Shown: piece after piece, positions 54,801 through 64,000 of the stretch
Layout: the number at the start of each line of letters is the position of its first letter
Position numbering within the stretch: position 1 is the first letter of the stretch
NCBI GenBank assembly: GCA_002633005.1
Contig: NMRA01000209.1
Span: forward strand, 62,001-126,000
Length of the DNA stretch: 64,000 nt
Origin: Phoronis australis
Taxonomy: Eukaryota > Animalia > Phoronida
Reading direction: 5' to 3'
Notes under the pieces: model-generated
Database searches by the model: none
What the model was told of the DNA's origin: nothing
The model's input: the letters and a program-made list of their open reading frames with translations, nothing else
Translations under genes and position numbers: made by a program

Positions 54801-55387
54801 TCCAGAATTGGATAATGTTCTCTAAAATTGGATTTCTCGACGGATACGCGCTCCACCTCCTATGCGAATGTCCCAATTACTGGCACTTCACGGACAGCCC
54901 TGGTTACGCCCTCCAGCGGCCCAAGGAGAACAAGAAAGAGTTCATGCAAGTAGCCTCTAAAGTACTAACAGTTGCTGCTGTCACGTCCGATCTTTTCTTG
55001 AAGATATCCTCCGGCGCAGTGGGTGGACCTATACCGCAGCTCGCTGGTTTAATGTCGTCTGGCTTAGTCACGGGAGCCACAGGTGCAGCCAGCAAAACAA
55101 GTGATGTCGCAAAAGGCCTGGCATCGCACCTCGACACGATGTTGAAGGACTTCTCCAGTCAATACAAAGATCTTAACTTCAATCCTTCGGGCAGCAAGGC
55201 CGAAGGCGGGACAATTGAGGAAGTCTTCACGCAATCACACTCTCTATCTCGACGAGAGTTAGCAAGGTTCTTTAAAGAGAACGACAGCGACGGACGGTTT
55301 GGCGAGCTGTCGCCAAGATTCATCGGAAACTCTGTGAAATGGTTATGTAGGGAACATCACAAGCTTTTCGAAAACGTTAGCGTATAA
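51863..55387 (+). CDS. LRR-Roc-COR (Roco family, MFHAS1/MASL1-like, no kinase) large terminal exon
   Basis: Acceptor CATTTCAG|, phase 0; ~6-7 LRRs (LxxLxLxxNxL); P-loop GSKNSGKT; G4 VGTHAD; COR-type LKYYHRRGVILFF...VILSPIWF and FFFPGLL; C-terminal LHLLCECPNYWH...WLCREH. Confidence 0.92.
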   Translation, partial: SIPSTTVLGYIDGEDEKVLFKRQKIHEVTLDYGNAPGPLFLTAIHQDLDNSFEKHVSRNFLSLAVARDVGLSQNHYSIIVAFGCKNFPKLNTLLSFTQPIFLTSVYAVSCGLTELDSWDGITNCRNLEVLVLSDNLIPEIPDHVFRLKKLRVLKVDRNHLTSIPYEVCHLESLVHFSCDFNKLVSIPKSIGKLKNLEILTCSNNSISNISWLYYCHYLKKFDCSNNDITVIPSGIDDVSLPKLKVLDISSNKIRSISPMMLDLIQQQLVFRYYSDTLNVQNKFKRSRKELTEKLNQERQRLAGNEMLLNKVASAVFLGSKNSGKTLLLKALNSPSGASRSTSKDSDLPFEIYQTTWEDKEKSDSYHVSSVILKADNLDDFARNIADGNLYVVPIAIHQLSSSSKNGQAITSQQLDSLGLWMNVISDVMKSTDKMQPVLIVGTHADLIRSKARLKDVWKRVKGFLMWARLSHVKKFDYHPYCLMCNAERGALTRKTHKDAGGMGGLAVNWNANYIDDEDLIVDDIKDVLYISGPEDCIIEVPHVVGYHEVSSMFSYPAASSPFKSIKGKHLENWSIDMVLRCLLRQLERCGSSEYIAQNWVEAGYYFQSLSTDHANTPVRRVQEIERLLINIFSIPKEDIKKILKYYHRRGVILFFSDIQVLNQAVILSPIWFFSKLKEMPLKLQRSGTKSMFDFTELQSELYDEDLNRVLEGEFNSDCSEWLLSAMLKFEICIKIPCQQPVSEQQFFFPGLLPKGVPDSRAWPETPSQGEKHITCEIKLIRVEPTFFQELIVLFLTKGQKEMKIVTKPSVFLLRSDLVFFTNMLPDECKICPGYQQKKHDRHRIRIQVIPFVDNLRVSVRGNNPCCIMTYIIPFIDKYLRCHVGSRGFERWKIVCPQCIVAREKTQYTFDLVQLLSQQNRRFLNPICENWHDLGSWQNVMCGHAAVFDTFKITKDLIQATGDLEIPKLFVILREDIQSGFQNWIMFSKIGFLDGYALHLLCECPNYWHFTDSPGYALQRPKENKKEFMQVASKVLTVAAVTSDLFLKISSGAVGGPIPQLAGLMSSGLVTGATGAASKTSDVAKGLASHLDTMLKDFSSQYKDLNFNPSGSKAEGGTIEEVFTQSHSLSRRELARFFKENDSDGRFGELSPRFIGNSVKWLCREHHKLFENVSV

Positions 55388-57730
55388 TGGTTACCATTAA
55401 TCCCAAGTCGCACGACGCGATTTTACTCGTTGATACTGCAGTAACAGCAGCTATACTAGCCGTGAAAACGCCATCTGTGACTGTCGCCACTTAGAAATTC
55501 CAACTGGCGACTGAAGTTATTAGCCACAACATTTTCAACTTTAGTCGTTGGTTACAGGAGCACGTGGTCTACTAGCGACCTCTAATAATTCTATGTGACC
55601 ACGAAAGGATTGATTGCCGCCAAGTACCGACTGAGCGTGTATCGCCCGACCGAAGCATGACTGACAAACACTCAAGTGGTCAGTGGATGTAAATGTAATC
55701 ATTTGGTTTTTTGGATAATTATAAAAAAATTGTGCGACATATACGAAGAGTATTATATGAAGACAAATGCAAGAGGTGGCGACGTAACAGCATCATGTCT
55801 AAAAAATCTTGTTCTATTCACACATGAACCTATAGACTCTTTACACTGGCACGGCATTTAGGAAAGAGGACTGTAAGTATAGCTGGTGAACTTACACTTA
55901 AACAGAGTTAGAAGTCCTTTAATTGAAATTCTGCAATCCAATGCCATGCATATCACACTAGAAATCAAATCAACTGTTAAATGCCCGTCGAAATTGCAAT
56001 TGTGTGAGAAAATTTGTCTGCAGAAATAATAGGCCTACTGAGGGTGTAGCCTGCTGCTCACAGATCAAGCCCTCCAAAAAAAACTATTCACTGGAAATCT
56101 CGACGTTTTACTATTCGCTTGTCAATCCGCGATTTCCAATTTTTACCTATAGCAACGAACTTGTGAACTAAAGCATTCACTTGCCTCACTGGCTGATAGT
56201 CGGGTCACTACTAATCATAATATGACGTCATTACGTCAGCTTCAGAGATACAAGATGGCAGACGACTTGATTCGTCTTTGTTAGAAACAGGTAAAAAGAG
56301 GCGAAAGTATAACCGGTTAAGACTGTCTGTGGTGCCTTAAATACCCCTAAGGAATCTATTTGGTTAGTACTAGCTCGACCAACAAGTGTTTTACCGCATT
56401 CTTCTTATTCGATGGACCTCCAGCTCTGTTTGAGATGATTATTGGAAGGATATGAGTATAGCAAATTTCCTCCGGAAGTTGATGACTCATGATCAGTGGC
56501 TAATGCTGATTGGACTGACAACCGGAAGGTTTAAACCCCCCTCCCCCGTCATTAATAGGAACCTGAAACATCATCCAAATGACCAACATCCGATAACCCT
56601 ACTTGTTCTCTAAGATCATTGCAACCTGAACATGGCCGGTGAAATGGCCCACCTTAACGTCGTACATATGTAAATAGTCTAAAGGTCGGTGTAAACATGC
56701 CAAATTTTTTATGAATGACGATAATGGCAAAGAACCCTTGATATCTACTCAAGTCAAATTACAACAGTCTCACTTCACCAATCGACTTGATGAGCTCTCG
56801 AAGACATGCCAACACCTAATGTTTCAGACCAGTCTTCGACTGGATATCGTCAGGCCCGGCGCTTTTACGCACAGCCAACAATGTTATTCGAAAGTGTTGC
56901 TGCAGACGCAACGAACTGATATTAGTTTGTATTTTATTTCCTTGATTCACTGACATGTATGCACGTCTCGTAGTTATATAGCTAATCATACAGTGGCCCA
57001 CCAGTTTTAAACTTCGTTACTCGAATTTCTTGGTTTGGTTCCTTATTTATAATTACAGCGTGATTATTCGATCTCATGTTCGCAAACCATGACGGTTATA
57101 TAATGTAGGTTCTGGTTATGCTAGAGCGACTGGGGGGGGGGGGGGNGGGGGGGTCATTAAGGTGCTTAACTCCACCATTTACCTTGTTGCATTGCTAAAT
57201 GTACATGTATAATTTCTTCACAGCGCACAACCGTGAATTCGTTTTCGCAAAAACGATAAAAATAGAAGAGAAACGACTTAAATGAAAGTTTATGCAGACG
57301 CGTTCGAACGCAGCGCCAACCAGTGTGGCCGTTGTCCACTAAAACGGCGCAAGCATCTAGTCGGCAAGTAAACACTTGGGCCACATCCGGCTTCTCTGGT
57401 GTCCCAGTAGAGAAAATGAACATAGCCACAGCGTGTTCAAATACTGAGTAGCCTCAACCACTACAAACGAATCTTCTCACCATTCTTATAGAATACTCGA
57501 ACACGGAGAAGCAGGCGCCACTATCAGTGAATTTTAACTCAAAGCACAAAAAATGCTGTGATTGGTGTCTTGATACTACATGTCGCGTGTTTCGACCAAT
57601 AAATGCCCGTAATTCGAGATCAGATAATTAACATGGCATCAGATAGCTAGTGTTTGCAGGCGTTCTAATTCGACAGCCAATTGACTGGTGTTCTAGGGGT
57701 TTTTTGATATGGAATTGGTTTTAAGCAGAT

Positions 57731-58087
57731 AACACCTTCTCATTTGAAATGAGCTTTTCTCAAATAAATGAGCTTCGAAAAAAGGACTTAAATTGAATAC
57801 TTAATAAGGTATTTCCCAGACAATGCCACACTCGCAAATTCATTAATCGGTCTATCCTATATATATATAGGGTATACCACTAGCGTCATTCGCTTTGAGT
57901 GGTCTATCCTATATATATATAGGATAGACCATTGACGCTAGTGGTATATCCTATATATATATAGGGTAGACCGTTTAATGAATATGCAAGTGTAGCATTG
58001 TCTGGGCAATACCTTATTAAGTATTCAATCCTTTTTTCGAAGCTCATTTATTTGAGAACAAAAGCTCATTTCAAATGAGAAGGTGTT
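57731..58087. repeat. ~357 bp near-perfect palindrome (foldback/MITE-like) with 4-bp flanking duplication AGAT
   Basis: AACACCTTCTCATTTGAAATGAGC... / ...GCTCATTTCAAATGAGAAGGTGTT; centre 57901-57930 is itself a perfect palindrome. Confidence 0.92.
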
Positions 58088-60676
58088 AGATATAAAAACG
58101 ATGTAAAGTGTTGTCATTGCAGTTATTAACAATTTTCAGTGTTGTGTTTGTTCATATTTTCTGCTTGCTGAGCTTTTAACGTATTGAGCCAGTTCCATTA
58201 AATGTTGTTAGTTGAGTTCCATAATAATGAATAAAGCACGCAACGGTTGAACAGAAATACTGCATTTATATCAGGCAACTCTTCAACATCTGCTTGGACC
58301 TTTTTCATCAAAAACTCTCCAATTTCCTCAGCAAAATGCGAGACCAATGACACAATACAGATTTCTCAAGCTGCTGAACAACGAGATCTTCAGGCACGCC
58401 CTACTCCCGTGGACGTAATTGACCTATCGCCAGGATTTTGAGTGACGGCTTAACTGACCATTTAGAACACAGCATTATCGACACACGTTTTTTTCCAAGC
58501 CACCATCTTACACGACAAACAACACACGTTGCCGGGTAAAACTCAACGTTTGTTAGTCGACATTGCGCAAGGGGGCGGAGCTTGCGATAGGTCAGTACTT
58601 ATTAAGGCGTGACTCACTAAGGCCAGCTTACATGTAGGCATGACGCTCAACACATACTAAGTATCATGAATTTCAAGCTATTTCTGGCAGATGGGAGAGG
58701 AACACAACCCCACATTACCATTCCAAGGACGTTCTCTTACAATATACCTAGCCGACACGTCCAAAATATCCCGAGGCACTCGCCAATTCGACTAAAAGGC
58801 GTTTGTAGAGTAGGAAGTCACTACATGGCTGGCATTGGCGGCACACCACTAACGCTAACGGCGGCTATCCGCAATAACATCTGTACTCAGCACTGTCATC
58901 AGCACTCTCCGTTCATCATCAAAATCATGCAATGCTTCACCAAGTGCCACATTGGTTTCGCACGCAATGCTCCCAAGGACAAAATATTCATTCCACCCTG
59001 CTCAGCTGGCTGAGAGGCAGAGAAACGAATCGGTCCTTACACTCTCAGGAAACCGGTCTCGTAATATTTCTCACAATGTAATACCTAGGACCAATATTAC
59101 TCCCAGGTAATACATGCGCAATTTTCGGCTCGCAATTTTTGGGTTGGCTAATCCCAATTAACTCTGAAACCTTTTCTCAAGTCACTGATGGCTTGAATGC
59201 TCTTGTTGGAAACGGAAACAGGAACTTATCAAGGTAAAGATTATTTGGAGACCAATATTAAGAGAGTAAAGACCTCCGATTTTTGTTTTTAGCCCGATAA
59301 TGAGCTTGATCAAAACAACGAAATAACTTTGAATAATAAAGCTTTTCATTGGATTATTTAATCACACAAACAAGTTACAGTGATTCTTAAATTTCACACA
59401 TTCAGAAACCAGAGATGCCTTGGAAAGGCACACCTGTTGTAATATAAATTAAACATGCTATCAGGCTACATGTTCAATAAACCAAGTTCTTGTACGTCCA
59501 TAACGTTCAGTCATAATTCACCCATAGCCAGAAATAAACCCCACATGAATTCACACACTTAGAAAACAGATCATTGGGGTCATCAGGCCAATCTCAGTAC
59601 AGGCAGGACAGTGCAACAAGCGCAATTATTCGGATGCAAAGATAAGAAAATAACAGAATACTAGAAGTCAACTTGCTTGACGTCCATCAGAGCAGCCAAG
59701 TGATATCCCTTGCACTGACACTAAATGGTGTTTATAAACAAATGGTTACCAGATAGGTCCTTGCATTATCTGTTGCAGGGACCAATTAACAAAGCAGGTC
59801 TTGGCTTTATGCTTTTTTACAGGCAAGTTACATGGGGGAACAAGCTTGAGACTGGCCACAATCAGCTGTGAGCTATAGTACACGTATCCAGCCCTATGTC
59901 TAATTTCTGTTCTTAGCTTTGGTGACAGTATCTACTTTGGCTGGATCTACATGTCAAACCTACAACAGTGTCTCATACTGGCTCAGTGGAAATGGTAATT
60001 TTAATGCCATGCCTTAGGTCTTGTCACAAGATTTTCATTTAGGTCATAGCCCTTAACAGATACAGGCCCTTAATCATACAGCTATGGTTTGCAGTGCAAA
60101 AATGCAAAAATGTAGCTAGCAGAAAATTCAATTATTTAAAGAAAATACTGAACATTCCCTCCAGTTCTAACATTTTCTTATCAGTTTTAACACACTTCAT
60201 AGAATGTCCGGCCAAGAGACTTTAAATCACGCTCATTGTCACACTTTTACTCAAAGAAGTTTTCAAAGGTCATGTTTTAGGTATTTTCAACTAGTCCTCT
60301 TTGCACACAGCTGCATTTAAAAACCAATTTTCAAGACTTAGAAAAAACAATGTACACTTTCAAAAACAACTACTACGGTTTGCGGATATTTCTATAGAAG
60401 TACAGACCATGCAATATTTGGTATCCGTCACTATTACAGAGCCTGGCCATAGGAGGTAATTCCACTGCCGAACCTTTTCTCCACCTTGCAACGTGGACAG
60501 ACTACATGACACACGGGTGGCCACAACCCAAAACCAGTAACTTATAAGGACATCAAATCTCAAACTGAGTAAATTTAAAACTTCAAATTGGCAAAATAGT
60601 CAATGCGGTTAACACGGTTAATGGTTTGGCTTGATCAAACGAACGAGAAGATCAGAGGATACCACTCTCCCAACGG

Positions 60677-60907
<231 letters not shown>

Positions 60908-61503
60908 TTAACAGAATTTGGATATCTCAAATGAAGGTAATGATGGCAACTGCATCAGGGTGTTGTGGTACAGTACAATCTATAACTATTTACAGGGCAA
61001 GCACAGAAAGTTGCAATTTTTCAATATTCAAACAACTGACCTTTACATTGATAAAAATATACAATTAAATTTATTTTCCATGCACAAACAACCATAACAC
61101 ATTACCATGGCCAAAAGCAATTAATTCGACAAAAGCAAGTATTTTCATTTCCAAAATTGAAATCCTAATAGCCCATTAAATGAAAACTGGATGACCAAAA
61201 TATTTTACCTTCCTGACATAGCCATTTCGGAGTCACAGAGAAATGAGAGAAAATGCACCACACTTATCAGAAACAAATTAACTGTACCTATTCTTATCAA
61301 CCTAAAAGAAGTGGTTTAAAACACAAAACAGCCCTCCACCAAACCATCAAGAAATATGGTGTGTAGAAATCAGTCGCGCAGTCCATCTTAGAAAAAGGCC
61401 ACCAGTGCTCCACTGACACTTGTTAGGCTACTGATATGAACACACTGCAAAAAGCTCGCAGCCTACAGAATCAAGTCAAGTTTTACCTTGGGATAAACAC
61501 TTA

Positions 61504-61677
<174 letters not shown>

Positions 61678-62375
61678 TCAGAGTTTGAAGAATACCAGAG
61701 CTAAAAATAAAATTAAACTGAATTTCTTGTATGCTATGATATGAATTATCGCGAGTTGTGTATCAATGTTTACTTCACACAGAAACAATTGACCAATCAT
61801 ATTGTGTTCAAGTACGAAAGTGGGAAGAGGAAAGATGATGACTCCACCAAGATCTTTTTTAGTACCAAACTGATAACTTAATTTCGCTTTATCATGCTTG
61901 CATAGGGCCAGGTGGGGCATATTTGGCAATTTTCTGAATTCCAATAAGTATAAGCCCGGGATCAATGCAAAAAAGATAAACACTTCATCACCCAGAATAC
62001 TTATTCCTAACATCAATCAACTCAGTCGCCCTTCTTAAAGTATAGCTATTTGCCCATTACTTGCAGCTAGACCACAAATGCTCCTAATATGGTGGCAGGG
62101 TGCCCCCGTGTGCTTGTCGTCATAAGCACTGTATCCATAATGAGCGACCAGGAATCATCCTCATAACACTGTTTAAGTCAGAGTCGTTATGGTGGTTTTA
62201 CCCAACACTCAGAAGCTAAAAATGTCAATTAGAAGAGGTGGAAGCTAATCATTGGTCTAGACTTTCGCTCAAGTTAGCTTGCTCAGCATGTCGCATAGCT
62301 AGCTTGCACAGCCACTGCAGGTGCAGTCTCAAGTTGGATGGACTCTGCACACACTGGTGTAGCTAGATCAAGCAA

Positions 62376-62575
62376 ACACAGAGCTATGTCACACAGAGCT
62401 ATGTCACACAGAGCTATGCCACACAGAGCTATGTCACACAGAGCTATGTCACACAGAGCTATGTCACACAGAGCTATGTCACACAGAGCTATGTCACACA
62501 GAGCTATGTCACACAGAGCTATGTCACACAGAGCTATGTCACACAGAGCTATGTCACACAGAGCTATGTCACACA
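62376..62575. repeat. 15-bp minisatellite (ACACAGAGCTATGTC) x~13.3
   Basis: Near-perfect tandem array, one variant copy, inside an SQLE intron. Confidence 0.98.
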
Positions 62576-62922
62576 CCACTTTACTCGCTCTAGTTCACTG
62601 TCCTGAACTTGTCATTGGTTTCGTGAGATAGGTTGCATATTCATTTTTAAAGTGCTCAAGTCAATGGTAAAAATTGGACACATTCTCCATTGTTGGGTAA
62701 CCATAAACGAATACACAGTGCAATATGTCATCAAACAAAGAATTGGGAGAATTGCGACTTTGGTCACAAAAAAGCCGATTCAGTCATATGCAAGCACGTT
62801 GGGCAATGTGAAATTTCAAGTAAGTTATGATGAACAAACAATTATGAAAGATAAATATATGCCAAATCAGACATCACTTCGGATCCCAAAATACCAAGTA
62901 CAGTGGGATTTTAGTTCGATTA

Positions 62923-63375
<453 letters not shown>

Positions 63376-63597
63376 TTAAATGCAGAACACAGTGGACTAA
63401 AGTACAATAACATTGAGTCTCGTACTTGTTGAAGAATTCACGACAAAAAACACTCAATCAAGCACTGCCAAAGAAAACAAAACTGGTAAATCTAAATGTA
63501 GTTACATTCATCGTATAACTGCTTTTATTCCTATCAACAGTACTGGAACCAGATCTGAGCGGGTTGGGAATCAAAGATTTCAAACATCTTGCAGCCA

Positions 63598-63665
63598 AAA
63601 TGTACAACATCTATCACTGAGTCAGCACTAAATGTACAACATCTATCACTGAGTCAGCACTAAAT
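63598..63665. repeat. 32-bp tandem duplication
   Basis: AAATGTACAACATCTATCACTGAGTCAGCACT twice. Confidence 0.92.
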
Positions 63666-64000
63666 CGTAGAGAAAAGAAAATCTAATATACTTTTTGTAG
63701 ATCTTTAATTGGTCTATTGACATGAACAATTGCAGTCAAGAAACGTTTTCCAAAGATTTCTGAGCACATCTTTGAGGAACAATTTGCATCGAGATATTAG
63801 CACACATTCTGCATGCAACTTTCGGATTTATAACTATGAAAAAACGTGGCATGCATTGGAGTTTTCTGGAGGCAACACCTGGGCATATTTACAGAAAGTA
63901 TCACTTTAAAGAACAAAAAATAAAGTCCAGGCATATTCTTGGAAGTGATAAACATATTGTAGCTGATGAACACATTAAAACCATGAGAGTCGATATATAA

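Noticed and set aside
58090-58510. Minus-strand peptide-like stretch (AEEIGEFLMKKVQADVEELPDINAVFLF)
   Set aside because: Stops and frameshifts, no recognisable family; possibly decayed transposon.
62283-62631. ORFs with CDIAL / SHRAM repeats, and possible CRISPR-like array
   Set aside because: 15-bp head-to-tail minisatellite with no spacers, inside an intron.

Overview
Eukaryotic (animal, most likely invertebrate) genomic DNA with GT-AG spliced genes; most ORFs in the track are spurious. Contents: (1) a complete 10-exon NOL4/NOL4L-family gene on + (CDS 3458..25705, ~645 aa, all splice phases consistent) with a ~1.9 kb 3'UTR; (2) a transposon-rich interval (~27.9-41 kb) with two TAG...CTA-ended Academ-like elements, MITEs with 5-bp and 9-bp TSDs, nested insertions and an assembly gap; (3) a candidate orphan single-pass membrane protein (42803..43345); (4) an ankyrin-LRR-Roc-COR (Roco, MFHAS1-like, kinase-less) gene on + (46025..55387, ~1290 aa) whose three ankyrin exons are missing from the ORF track and whose Roc G3 motif looks degenerate; (5) a ~360 bp nested palindrome; (6) the last three coding exons of squalene epoxidase on the - strand. 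Family assignments come from motif recognition by eye, not database searches. I found no convincing new multi-gene system; the Roco gene, the orphan ORF and the transposon architecture are the best leads.
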